Of a DNA stretch of 64,000 bases, positions 35,604 to 45,642 are shown piece after piece. The notes below the pieces were generated by a model. The model made no database searches. It was not told the origin of the DNA and was given only the letters and a program-made list of their open reading frames with translations. Where the stretch lies: sequence record PX915676.1; one strand, written 5' to 3'. The first letter of the stretch is position 1, and each line of letters begins with the position of its first letter. Origin of the DNA: a phage. The position numbers were made by a program, and so were the translations under genes.

Positions 35604-38600
35604 TCACTCCTTAGGTCGAACTCTTACACGGAGTCTCGATTGACGCTTACTGCGTTCAAGCTTCTCTGACAATGAGCCACGTTTAATCTTCGGCTTCCCT
35701 TCGTCATTAAACTTCTCCAAGAACTGCAAGTACTCAGTACGATTCGTTGTCTTGTAAGAAGGAATCTTGATATCAGGGTTCTCTTCAATCACACGTCTCA
35801 TCTTCGCTACATCATCCCTACCAAGCAACTTACTCTTAGCCTGTTCAGCTGTAGAACCAAAGATCTTCTCCAGTGCTCTAGATTTGTTACCGCCTGCGGA
35901 AGAAGCACCAAGTTTAGCAATAGCAGAGTAATCATCAGCACTAAACCAAGCTACTGGATTATCACCATACTTCTTCTTGTTTTCAGCAGCGGTCTGCAAT
36001 GCACGCACAAAGCGACGGTTGTTACCAGCCTTATCTGCACCATGAACCCTGTCTAAAACTTCAGCCACACTAGCCAACTCATCCAAGCTCTTCCCACTCA
36101 AGAAAGCTTTCTCTACTTTATCAGCAAAGACCTCTTCCTGTTGTTTAATGCTTTCCAAGATATCAGAATTTGCTTGAGATCTTTCATCATCAGGCAGAGC
36201 AGAACGAATCTTCTCCATCTCCAACTCTTCCTCTTGCAGTTTCTTAATATCAGAGTCAACCTTCTGAGCCTCCTCAATAGCCTTCCTAGTATCCGCATCC
36301 AAGTTATCAAGCTTACCTTCAGTATCTCCAGTAACCTTAACAATCTCTTTCTCGATAGGAGTCATTGATTCGTACTTCTTAGCAAACTTCTCAACATCAG
36401 CTTCGATACGAGAACGAGCATTCTGATGTTCAGTAGGAGTCATAGGTTTCTCAAGAAGTGCATAACGGTTGTCCATATAGGAACCAGCAAACGCTTCAGC
36501 ATCCTCTCTAGATATGCCCTTATCTTCCATAGTACGCATCAGGCGGCGATGAATGTCATCACGTTGACGTTGTACTGCCATAAGGTCATTCTCACGCTCT
36601 TGGGCCGCTTTAAGTTCTTCACTGCGCTTAACTCTCTTGTCCACATCAAACTTACGGTTCATCTCTTCCGCTTGCTCATACATCTTGTTCCACTTGGCCT
36701 GACGAGCATCTTCCTCTGCATCAGTTAAACGACGCTGACGATCAAGGTAATCTGACTCGGCGTTATGGATACGTTCGATATAACTACGGAACTTCTCTGG
36801 AGGAACTGGAGAGTTCTTGTCATGGTGAGCAGCCAACTGTTTCAATGTACGAGATTCCTGAGCCTCACGAACGGGTTTAGGTAAACCTTCCATCATCTTC
36901 TCAATCTCGCTCTTCTGAGCTGCAATAGCCTCTAGAGTTTTACGTTCATTCTCAACAACAGCCTTAGCATCCGAACGAGCCTGAGCCTTTTTCCTGAGTG
37001 TAGCAAGACGTTCTTCACGAGCCTGTAAATGCTTAGCAGCAGCTTCGTACTGAGAGTTCTTGTTAGCTTTGTTGAAGGCATTCACTTCTCTGTTATAGGT
37101 GTTAATAAACCCATCCCAAATATCCTTCATCTGACCAACTTCCAAAGCCTCTTCCCTACCAGCCTTCTCTGAAGATTTAAACTTCCCATCTACAAAGTCA
37201 TTCATCAGCTTACGCATAGCATCTTTCTGAGCAGGACGTAAAGGTTCTGAATCAATCAAAGCATCAATCTCAGACTGAAGCTCTTTCTTCTGGTCAACCA
37301 GCTTAGGAGCATTCTTGTTATCGAAAGCTTTATTCTCTTCTAGAGCTTGTTGGTACAGTCTATCAAACTCATCTTCACGCTGCTTCTGATACAACCTTTC
37401 AGCACGACGTTTCAGACTATCCAAGTTAGTTACGTTCCCACCTAAACCTTTCTCTTCAGCACGTAATGCCTTAGTAGCAATGTCTTCTGGCAGACCACGT
37501 TCCTTAACCCATTCAGCAAAATTAGTTCGTACAGTGTTGTTCTTAGCAGTAGCAATACCTTGCTGAGAAGCCAGCTGGTTACGAGCCATTTCTTCATGAC
37601 GTTCAGTGTTGATAGCATTGTCTTCCTGACGAATACGACGCATCAATTCCTTAGGATCACCTTTATAAGCCAAGAAGTTTTCAGCAGTAGCTTTAGCCTT
37701 AGCAGCCTTAGAGTACAGAGAACGAGCAAAACGTTCTGCACGATCTTTAGTAGCCTGACGAGCAGCACTTGACATAGCAGCTAAACGCTCTACACCACTT
37801 GCCGGTTTAACGTCCTGTACAGCTTCCTTAGGAGCTTTAGGAGCACGAGCAGGTAATGGCTCAGCTTTGACTGTTGGTTCCTCTACGGTTGGTTCTGGAG
37901 CCTGTGCGGCCTCTTCTTGAGCACGTTGCTGTTCCATTGCACGACGCTCCTCTAGAGGGTTACGAGCAGGGAGAGGTTCAGCCTGTGGAGCTTGTTCGAC
38001 TGGAGCTTCTTGAGCAGCAGCTGCCTCTTCTTCAGCGCGACGCTGTTCAGCCTGACGGATAGCACGTCTTTGCGCAACTAAATCACGAGCTGTAAGAGGG
38101 GTTTCTTGAGGAGCAGAAGAAGGAAGATTTTCTTCCGTCATAGTACTAGAAGAAGGCTCCCGAACCGGTTCGGTTTCCACGTCATTTTGCGTCTTAAATT
38201 TAATGTCATCAACAACTGGTTCTTCTTCCATTTTAGCACGAGCTTCATCAGCAGTAGATTTAGCACGAGCAACTTCCAAATCACCACGAGCCAGAGAGCG
38301 GATAGCTTCACTGTTAGATTCTTGTTGCTTAACACGTTGAGAACGGGCACGCTGAGAAGAGAAGCGATTCAGAGCATATTTAGCAGCACCGAGAGTGTTC
38401 ATTACCAGACTGGGTGAAGAAGCCTCACGGAATCCATCATCAGTCAGGGAAGTCCAACCACGATCTTGGTTGCTCATGAATTTAGCTGTATTGTTCAGAG
38501 TATAAGCATCTTGAATAGGATTAAAACCTTCAGGCATACCTTTCAGTTTCTTCAACCCACCAATAGCTTTCTTCATCTCTGGAGAAACATTATCAGCCAT

Positions 38601-40025
38601 CTTCTGTAGTTCAGCAGCTTTCTCTACAAAGTTATTAAAGTCTTCACCATCACGAGCTTTGAATCGATTTGCTTCATTGTAGAAAGTCTTGTAAGCATCA
38701 ATGAAATCACGGTCAGCTTGTGTACGGTTCTTAATATCAATCGGACTACCAGTAAAATCACCAGAAGCTCGGAGAGAGGTTAATTCACGGTCTAGATTAT
38801 CTAGAACATCTGTAAGAGCTTTCGTGTTGTCTTTGGTGTAGTCAGCCATTGCGTCCTTCATAGCAACAGCCTGCTTCTGGTTGTGCTCGTTATCAGCGAA
38901 TGCTTTACCACGAGTCTTAGCAGGAGAAGCTAAAGGGTTGAGGCCCGGAATGTTGGAATGTTCTTTCTGAACGGAAGCAGCTTTCTCAGCACGAGCTTGG
39001 TCAGTATTAAGAATACGCTGAGCGGCAGGAGAATCTACAGCAACAGCATCTGTAATACGGAATCCATTCTCATCCAGAAGGTTCAGAGCAGAAGCAGCGT
39101 TAGCAGTTTCAGCTTTAGAGTAAGCTTCTTTCAATTCATCAACATTCTTAGCACTACGAATCAGTTCATCATCAGCAGCAATATCGGTCTTCGCATACTC
39201 TGGAGTATTCTTGAAGACAGCAGAATCCGGACGGCTAATCAAACCATGAACCCCACCAACTGCACCACCGAATGCAGCACCCATAGCACCTTCTTCGATA
39301 GCACCTTCTAATACATTAGCAAAGGTTGTATCATCTCCATGCTTGTTCTGAGCTTCAGCAGCACCTACAAGAGCACCACCTTTAGCACCAGCCACTGCGT
39401 TAGTAGCAACGTTCTGACCAATACGTCCAAGTGTGGATTCAGCTGTACCGACAGCACCCGGAAGGATTCTCTGAGCCGCATAGTTAGCACCACCAACTAA
39501 GGCTGCATCTAGAATAGACTTATCTTCTCCCTCTTCAGGGGTTTGGTCTGCATATGCACGACCTGTCTCACGACCTGCGATGATAGCAGCAGCAGCCAAT
39601 GGGTTAGCAACTGTCAAACCGATATCACCAGCAACACCAGCATACTGACCGACAGTTTTACCAATCCCATCCTCAATCTTATCCATACGTTCTTTCAGAA
39701 GGTTCTGAGAGTTCTCTTGGATACGCTTACCATAACTAGTTTGTGCTCCAGCTAGATTCTCACCAATCTCAACTAAACCACCAATACCTTTAGCAGCACT
39801 AGCTGCAATATTTGCACCACCAGATTGAAGAGCATTTGACACACCTTGAGCAAACTCACCTATAGCACCACGTTCTTCTTGTTGTGGTTGTGCTATTGGT
39901 TGTTCCTCAGGAATAGAGCCACCTGCTGCCTTATATTGTTCTCTCATTTGAGCTTGTTGCTCCGGAGAGGCATTCAGATACGCAGGAGCTTTGGAAGCTT
40001 CTTCCCACGGTTTAATGTTAGCCAT
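35604..40025 (-). CDS. large virion-associated protein (1473 aa), repeat-rich
   Basis: Start taken at ATG with AAGGAG SD (track start 40070 is an upstream in-frame ATG); Gly/Ala-rich N-terminal region, long charged coiled-coil-like stretches, tandem EPLPAR-containing repeats; last gene of structural block. Confidence 0.5.
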   Translation of the reverse strand: MANIKPWEEASKAPAYLNASPEQQAQMREQYKAAGGSIPEEQPIAQPQQEERGAIGEFAQGVSNALQSGGANIAASAAKGIGGLVEIGENLAGAQTSYGKRIQENSQNLLKERMDKIEDGIGKTVGQYAGVAGDIGLTVANPLAAAAIIAGRETGRAYADQTPEEGEDKSILDAALVGGANYAAQRILPGAVGTAESTLGRIGQNVATNAVAGAKGGALVGAAEAQNKHGDDTTFANVLEGAIEEGAMGAAFGGAVGGVHGLISRPDSAVFKNTPEYAKTDIAADDELIRSAKNVDELKEAYSKAETANAASALNLLDENGFRITDAVAVDSPAAQRILNTDQARAEKAASVQKEHSNIPGLNPLASPAKTRGKAFADNEHNQKQAVAMKDAMADYTKDNTKALTDVLDNLDRELTSLRASGDFTGSPIDIKNRTQADRDFIDAYKTFYNEANRFKARDGEDFNNFVEKAAELQKMADNVSPEMKKAIGGLKKLKGMPEGFNPIQDAYTLNNTAKFMSNQDRGWTSLTDDGFREASSPSLVMNTLGAAKYALNRFSSQRARSQRVKQQESNSEAIRSLARGDLEVARAKSTADEARAKMEEEPVVDDIKFKTQNDVETEPVREPSSSTMTEENLPSSAPQETPLTARDLVAQRRAIRQAEQRRAEEEAAAAQEAPVEQAPQAEPLPARNPLEERRAMEQQRAQEEAAQAPEPTVEEPTVKAEPLPARAPKAPKEAVQDVKPASGVERLAAMSSAARQATKDRAERFARSLYSKAAKAKATAENFLAYKGDPKELMRRIRQEDNAINTERHEEMARNQLASQQGIATAKNNTVRTNFAEWVKERGLPEDIATKALRAEEKGLGGNVTNLDSLKRRAERLYQKQREDEFDRLYQQALEENKAFDNKNAPKLVDQKKELQSEIDALIDSEPLRPAQKDAMRKLMNDFVDGKFKSSEKAGREEALEVGQMKDIWDGFINTYNREVNAFNKANKNSQYEAAAKHLQAREERLATLRKKAQARSDAKAVVENERKTLEAIAAQKSEIEKMMEGLPKPVREAQESRTLKQLAAHHDKNSPVPPEKFRSYIERIHNAESDYLDRQRRLTDAEEDARQAKWNKMYEQAEEMNRKFDVDKRVKRSEELKAAQERENDLMAVQRQRDDIHRRLMRTMEDKGISREDAEAFAGSYMDNRYALLEKPMTPTEHQNARSRIEADVEKFAKKYESMTPIEKEIVKVTGDTEGKLDNLDADTRKAIEEAQKVDSDIKKLQEEELEMEKIRSALPDDERSQANSDILESIKQQEEVFADKVEKAFLSGKSLDELASVAEVLDRVHGADKAGNNRRFVRALQTAAENKKKYGDNPVAWFSADDYSAIAKLGASSAGGNKSRALEKIFGSTAEQAKSKLLGRDDVAKMRRVIEENPDIKIPSYKTTNRTEYLQFLEKFNDEGKPKIKRGSLSEKLERSKRQSRLRVRVRPKE

Positions 40026-40063
40026 AACGTCTCCTTTTATAAATAAAAATGTCCTACCCCCTA

Positions 40064-40072
40064 TATACATTA
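40064..40072 (-). promoter_or_regulatory. TAATGTATA promoter-like motif (minus strand)
   Basis: Minus-strand TATAATGTATATAGG 39 nt upstream of ATG 40025. Confidence 0.4.
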
Positions 40073-40092
40073 TAGAAGGCAGGACTTAGGTC

Positions 40093-41748
40093 TTATTGAG
40101 TAAACCAGCTAGTGTCTTCGACAGCTGATAAAGCACCATTAAGCTTAGGATTGGTTGCTGCACCACCAACTGCTTCTTCTGCTTGTTCAGAGAAAACACC
40201 TAGAGGGTCATAGAAACCACCAGAAGGGATTGCACGGTTAACCAATGCAGTAGCTCTCTTCTTATCCATACCAGAACCGATGTAAGCTTCAATCGTAGCT
40301 CTCTTAGCATCAGCAACACCTTTCATTGCAGAGGTGTGACCAACATTAGCTTGCTTACGAGCATAAGCAAGAGCAGAATCAGTAGGACGCCATCCAGATT
40401 TCAGCGCAAACTTGTTGCCAACACGAACGAAGATTGATGGGTCTTCTGCAAAGTGCCCCAAGTCTTCTTCGGTAAGAGAACGAGTAGCACCGATTTCAGC
40501 CCTTGCGGAGTTCATGATAGCCTGCATGTAAGCAGAACGAGCTGTCTGATAGTCTTTATCCTTAACAGCCTTATCAGCCAAATCCAAGTCTTTGTTAGAC
40601 TGGTTAAACAGGCCACCTTTCTCTGCCCACTGCTTAGCAACCGTACCTTCAGCTGTATTCTGAGCAAGACGAACTTCTTTCGGGTTAAAGTTAAAACTCT
40701 GAGCAGCTTGTTCAGCACGTTCAGCCTTAACTTTATCACGATAACCAATCAACTCTTTCTGACGTTCAAAGTTCATGTTAGCCCTTTCTTCAGCGGCACG
40801 ACGAGTTTCATCAGCACGCTCACGCATAGTTTGCTCTTGAATCTGTTGACGTCTATCCCATTCAGCATTTTGTCGTTCTTCACGAGCAGCATACAACGCT
40901 TCTTTCTGAGCAGGGTCTACAGCTCTCATCTTCAGTAGAGACGGGTCTCCGTTAGCAATAGCAGCTGCGATCGAGTCTTGAGAGAAGCCTTGTTCAATCA
41001 GAGCATCACGGTTAGCTTCCAGTTGCTTCTTAGTCTCATCTTGATTAGCCATTCCCTGACCAATCTGGAAAGCTTCGATAGGAGACTTACCTGACATGAT
41101 TGAAAGACCTACACCCATCAAACCTGTGTAGAAACTAGAGTTCTGATAGAATGGTTCTTTCTGTAATTTGTTCCAAGCTTCTGAAGGGTCTTTAGCTTTC
41201 GCAACTTGCAAGATATCGTTGTTAACACGTTCCTGATCTTTAGCACGAGTAGCAGCAGCCATTCCATCACCAGTGTCTTGTCCTTGAGCAAGAGTGTTAA
41301 TCACACCCTGTGCCTGTTCCACCTGAGAAGGAGTAAACTCCATAGGACCAGCTTCTAGTGGTTTAGGAGGAGGTGTTACCGGAAGAGGGTCACTAGGCAT
41401 AAGCCCAGCATCCTGTAAACCTTGATCAGTGGATAGGTTAGGATTAGCTGCTACAGGGGCCGGTGCTCCAATATCAATACCCTGAAGACTAGTAGGAGTT
41501 CCTTGATTCTGCTGTTCCATAAGACGTTGCTGGAATCCCGGATTAACCATAGCATTCTGATCTTCTTCTGCCTGAGAGACAAGACCTGCAAGAGATGAAG
41601 GTACAGCAGGACGTTGATACATAGAAATATCTGCTGTCTGAGTAGGTCTAGCCATATAAGGAGAGGCCGAAGCCGCTCCCGGATTAACACCATAGAAAGT
41701 ATTTCTCGGGTCACGACTTCTGACCTGAGCGTAAGTTGTCTGTTGCAT
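40093..41748 (-). CDS. virion structural/internal protein
   Basis: 551 aa; AGGAG SD; position in structural block. Confidence 0.5.
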   Translation of the reverse strand: MQQTTYAQVRSRDPRNTFYGVNPGAASASPYMARPTQTADISMYQRPAVPSSLAGLVSQAEEDQNAMVNPGFQQRLMEQQNQGTPTSLQGIDIGAPAPVAANPNLSTDQGLQDAGLMPSDPLPVTPPPKPLEAGPMEFTPSQVEQAQGVINTLAQGQDTGDGMAAATRAKDQERVNNDILQVAKAKDPSEAWNKLQKEPFYQNSSFYTGLMGVGLSIMSGKSPIEAFQIGQGMANQDETKKQLEANRDALIEQGFSQDSIAAAIANGDPSLLKMRAVDPAQKEALYAAREERQNAEWDRRQQIQEQTMRERADETRRAAEERANMNFERQKELIGYRDKVKAERAEQAAQSFNFNPKEVRLAQNTAEGTVAKQWAEKGGLFNQSNKDLDLADKAVKDKDYQTARSAYMQAIMNSARAEIGATRSLTEEDLGHFAEDPSIFVRVGNKFALKSGWRPTDSALAYARKQANVGHTSAMKGVADAKRATIEAYIGSGMDKKRATALVNRAIPSGGFYDPLGVFSEQAEEAVGGAATNPKLNGALSAVEDTSWFTQ

Positions 41749-41761
41749 ATTTATCTCCTAA

Positions 41762-42730
41762 TTAAGTACTAGCCAACCCACCGATTACACCCCCAGCTAA
41801 TGCACCCCAAGGTCCAAAGGAAGAGCCAGCTGCTGCACCACTCATAGCTCCACCAAGGAAACCACCTTTGCCACCAGATGTTTTAGTAGTTGTAGTTTGT
41901 CCGAGAGCACCATTAAGTACACCTGCTGCACCGAGTTGGTTATTGATATCTTGCCATCCCCAATTAGCTGCGTTCTGAGCATTCTGGTAGGCATTATCAT
42001 ATTCATTCTGTTGTTGCTGTTGTTGCTGCAACCCTGCATTCCATTGATTCATTATTTGCTGTTGAGACAAATTAGCACCCTGCTGACCTAGGTTAGAAAG
42101 GTTAGAACCAATATTAGAAAGACCAGAGAGAGCAGCTGCCTGATTCTGTCTATTACCAGAGAGGATGCTTTCAGCTTGGCTGATAGCCGAGTTATAGGCA
42201 CTGTTGGTAATATCTGTTGCTTGACCTTGCATCTGATTCAGAGCATCACCTTGGGCAAAAGATTTAGCCATACGAGCACCTGAACCTTGCTGACCCGCAT
42301 ATTGTTGAGCTAACTGAGGAAGAGCATTACGTGCTAGATTCTGTTGAACCTGTTCATTGTTAGCTGTAATGGCTGCTTGCACAGCGTCATCATCATACAG
42401 TTGACCAGCGAGAGCACCAATCTGTTCTCCAGTAATCCCACCTTGTCCAGAAAGGCTCTGATAGCCTTTATAGGCATTATCCAGATACCCTAACCCTTGA
42501 CCTGCTGCATCCATGTATTGCTGTGAGAGAGTGCCCAAAGCGCCAGATTGTGCTAGGTTATTAAGTGCCTCTGTCTGATTATTATTAAACCCTACATTGT
42601 CACGATAGACATAATCCCCTGAACTAGTATTACCAATCTGTTGGTTAAGCTGGTCAATATACTGTTGAATGTATTCAGGGCGAATCATTTGGGAAGTAGT
42701 TTTACTACCCCCGCCTCCGAAAAGTCCCAT
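41762..42730 (-). CDS. Gln/Asn/Gly-rich virion protein with C-terminal glycine-zipper
   Basis: AAGGAG SD; QQQQQQQN run; C-terminus GGAMSGAAAGSSFGPWGALAGGVIGGLAST. Confidence 0.45.
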   Translation of the reverse strand: MGLFGGGGSKTTSQMIRPEYIQQYIDQLNQQIGNTSSGDYVYRDNVGFNNNQTEALNNLAQSGALGTLSQQYMDAAGQGLGYLDNAYKGYQSLSGQGGITGEQIGALAGQLYDDDAVQAAITANNEQVQQNLARNALPQLAQQYAGQQGSGARMAKSFAQGDALNQMQGQATDITNSAYNSAISQAESILSGNRQNQAAALSGLSNIGSNLSNLGQQGANLSQQQIMNQWNAGLQQQQQQQNEYDNAYQNAQNAANWGWQDINNQLGAAGVLNGALGQTTTTKTSGGKGGFLGGAMSGAAAGSSFGPWGALAGGVIGGLAST

Positions 42731-42742
42731 ATCAAATCTCCT

Positions 42743-43795
42743 TTAGTTTGCTCCAAATGCCCCTAAGACACCACCTAAGATATTACTACCTGCTGTGGAT
42801 AACCAGTTAGACTGACCTTTCTGTTGAGAAAGATTAGAACCTCCAATCATAGGACCAGCCATTCCAGATTGCCCACCTGAGTTGTTATAGGAACTCCAAG
42901 CATTCTGAGTCTGTTGGTTAGGAGAGAAAGCACCCATACGACCTGCAATACCTAAACCAGTGATACCAGCACCTAGGAGCTGTTGTCCAGTATTAACCCC
43001 CGGAGCAGCATTCTTAATTGTATACCCAGCCATTGGGCTTACACTATTTAATACATTAAGTTGGTTGTTAAGCTGATTCCACCCATACTGCTGAGAGCCA
43101 ATAGCGTTCTGCCAATTAATATCAGCTTGAGCTTGAGCTTGTTGCTGTTGCAGATTACCAGCCATCAGCTGATTCTGAATAGCTTGTTGAGTTGCCTGAA
43201 CGCCTTGAGCACCAAGATTGAGGTTCTGTCCAGCTAAACCAGACTGAGCACCAAGCAACCCTCTCTGGAAGTTCTGATCTTGTTGCAGAGCACTTACACC
43301 CATATTCTTACCACTGATAGTACGAGACAGGTTAGTGTTAGCGTCATTCAAAGCAGCCCCTTGAGCCGCAGCCCTACGGAGAGAGCCAGAGTCAGAGCCA
43401 TTGCCAAGAGAGACATTAGAAGCTGCTTTGCTAGTAGCTTGTGCAAGGGCTGAGTTATTCAAACCTTTACTAAAGTTATTAACCCCTTCAGCTGTTACTC
43501 CACCACCATTAACAATATTCTGATACTGCTGGGCAAGAGCGTTTAATTGGTCCAACCCTTGCTGTGTACGTGGTGTATACATATCAGCTAGTTTCTTCTG
43601 AGTAGTAGAAGCTGCTAAGTTGTTCAGAGCACCTTGTTGGTTGCCATTAAACCCAGCCAGCTGTTGGGAGATGAATCCCGGATCGTTGTTCTGCATATTC
43701 TGAGCATTAGCAACAATCTGCTTCAGCAGGGCATCAACCTGAGAGGAAGGGGCCACTGTGGTTTTGCTAGAAGCTGATTTTCCAAATAAAGACAT
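42743..43795 (-). CDS. Gln/Asn/Gly-rich virion protein
   Basis: AAGGAGG SD; low-complexity Q/N/G composition like neighbour. Confidence 0.45.
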   Translation of the reverse strand: MSLFGKSASSKTTVAPSSQVDALLKQIVANAQNMQNNDPGFISQQLAGFNGNQQGALNNLAASTTQKKLADMYTPRTQQGLDQLNALAQQYQNIVNGGGVTAEGVNNFSKGLNNSALAQATSKAASNVSLGNGSDSGSLRRAAAQGAALNDANTNLSRTISGKNMGVSALQQDQNFQRGLLGAQSGLAGQNLNLGAQGVQATQQAIQNQLMAGNLQQQQAQAQADINWQNAIGSQQYGWNQLNNQLNVLNSVSPMAGYTIKNAAPGVNTGQQLLGAGITGLGIAGRMGAFSPNQQTQNAWSSYNNSGGQSGMAGPMIGGSNLSQQKGQSNWLSTAGSNILGGVLGAFGAN

Positions 43796-43814
43796 AAGTC
43801 CTCCTTAAAGATTA

Positions 43815-44597
43815 TTACTTTACACCAATGCTAGCCAAACGTCTGAGCACTGCTTGTGTTTGTGGACTGTACTGAGAACCTGCTGCATGTGGTGCACTTG
43901 CCCTCTGAACTGTTTGAGAAGTCGGAGGTTTACCAGCAAGCATAGCAGCTACACCTAATACTGCATTACCAAAGTTCTGTTGAGGCTTCTGATCTTCCCC
44001 TTCTTGTGCTTCATCAGAGTAAAACTCTACTGGATTTCCGCCTAAAGCACCTGTCTTAGAAGCAGTAATGTCTGCCTGAGTTGGAGCTTGTGCGGCCTTC
44101 TCTCTATCTAACAAGTCAGGACTAAACTGATTGACTGGTTGAACAGCTTGTAAAGCTCCAACAGGGTTAGCAATCTGAGAAGCTGCATCACCATAGAAAG
44201 GAAGAAAGTGTTTGTTGTTCATTGAGTCAAGGGCTTGAGGTGTAAATCCCTTTTTACCAGCGAACATTTGCTTAGCACCACCAATGCCTTCTGAGTAACC
44301 AACCATCGCCTTCTTAACATCACCATTAAAAGCTTTTAAATTATCTCTAATATAACGAGCACCCATATCAATGTTCTTTGCTGGGTCAAGTCTGTCTTCT
44401 AGTTTGTAACCGTAGTCTTTAGCCAATCCTTTACTGATCTGCATTAAACCTACAGGACCAGTTCCAGAAGCCACTGTAGGACGACCACTAGACTCCCTTT
44501 GGATTACAGCATGAATCAAAGCAGCAGGAATCCCATACTTCTTTGAAGCCTGTTGAACCATTGGGTCTAGTTCTTCAATACCCATTTTAATTGCCAT
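43815..44597 (-). CDS. lytic transglycosylase (SLT domain) virion protein
   Basis: VIQRESSGRPTVASGTGPVGLMQI (catalytic E-S and GLMQ). Confidence 0.7.
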   Translation of the reverse strand: MAIKMGIEELDPMVQQASKKYGIPAALIHAVIQRESSGRPTVASGTGPVGLMQISKGLAKDYGYKLEDRLDPAKNIDMGARYIRDNLKAFNGDVKKAMVGYSEGIGGAKQMFAGKKGFTPQALDSMNNKHFLPFYGDAASQIANPVGALQAVQPVNQFSPDLLDREKAAQAPTQADITASKTGALGGNPVEFYSDEAQEGEDQKPQQNFGNAVLGVAAMLAGKPPTSQTVQRASAPHAAGSQYSPQTQAVLRRLASIGVK

Positions 44598-44609
44598 AAT
44601 ATCTCCTTG

Positions 44610-45641
44610 TTATAGTCCAGCAAAAACCTTAGCTGCATTTATTACAGGAACTGACAAATTAACTACAGTATCAGCCCCTAGGTCGTAATTTTGATCCCAC
44701 TGAAATAGATACCTTCCATAGCCAGTTCCTATGCTAGAGCCACTCATTGTGTGAGATCTCATTTGCTGATATCTCCATCCACTGCCTTGGCCTTTTATCG
44801 CACCTATTCCAGAGGTAAGAGGTATCATAGGGTATGCCATTCCTGTGTTACCACCTCCTGAGCCTATAAAAGTATCAACAGTGAAAGGTGTTCTGTTAGT
44901 AGAGAAGACACATTGCGTGGTACCCGGAGAATAAATATTCAAACCTCCATTATGTTCCGGAACTCCTGCTCCATTGCAGAATACTGCAACTCTAGCAAAC
45001 ACAGAACCACCCTCATTAGTGTTGCCGTTTATGTAAGGTCTGTTCTGATAAACACGAATAACCCTGTCATCAGAGGTATAAGATAGTCCTATCCCTCCAT
45101 CAGACCAATTAGCAAACACAACAGCATTGGTCATATTGAACCCACCGATATTTGGTATCTGGAGTGCATTGTTTATGGTCCCCTGCCAAGCCCAAATACA
45201 TTGACCGACGACCCCACTATCAGATATCGAGAAGTAGTCTGCTGTATTAGAAAAGGTAATTCCGTAATTCCTATCCGCTCTAGGCCATATTTGATATACG
45301 TTGAACCCACAGTCAAATAAGGGGTTACTGCCGGGGTTCTGATTCAGAGTAACTCTAAAAGAGGAACTGTTTTCTACGTAGATGTTATTCACACAATAAA
45401 CATCAGGAACTAGGTTAGGAGGGACTTCCCATTGCCAGCATAAAGAACCGGTAGGAACAATAACTATCTGACCGCTGCCATCCCATCCACTAATAGGGAA
45501 AGATCTCCCAGCCCCATTAAAGTTAAAACTCCCTCTTATACTATTCTTGAACTGAGGGAAAGTGCTTCCGCTATCAATAAATAAGGGAGCGGGGGTTGCT
45601 GGCCCCGGCCCTACTGGTTGTGTCCATATTCCATATGCCAT
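44610..45641 (-). CDS. virion structural protein (possible receptor-binding protein)
   Basis: 343 aa, Gly/Asn/Ser-rich; GGGAG SD. Confidence 0.4.
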   Translation of the reverse strand: MAYGIWTQPVGPGPATPAPLFIDSGSTFPQFKNSIRGSFNFNGAGRSFPISGWDGSGQIVIVPTGSLCWQWEVPPNLVPDVYCVNNIYVENSSSFRVTLNQNPGSNPLFDCGFNVYQIWPRADRNYGITFSNTADYFSISDSGVVGQCIWAWQGTINNALQIPNIGGFNMTNAVVFANWSDGGIGLSYTSDDRVIRVYQNRPYINGNTNEGGSVFARVAVFCNGAGVPEHNGGLNIYSPGTTQCVFSTNRTPFTVDTFIGSGGGNTGMAYPMIPLTSGIGAIKGQGSGWRYQQMRSHTMSGSSIGTGYGRYLFQWDQNYDLGADTVVNLSVPVINAAKVFAGL

Positions 45642-45642
45642 A

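Noticed and set aside
35604-40025. Single-subunit or virion RNA polymerase as identity of the giant ORF
   Set aside because: The protein is dominated by low-complexity and coiled-coil-like sequence and I saw no polymerase catalytic motifs; a phage sigma-70-family gene is present instead.
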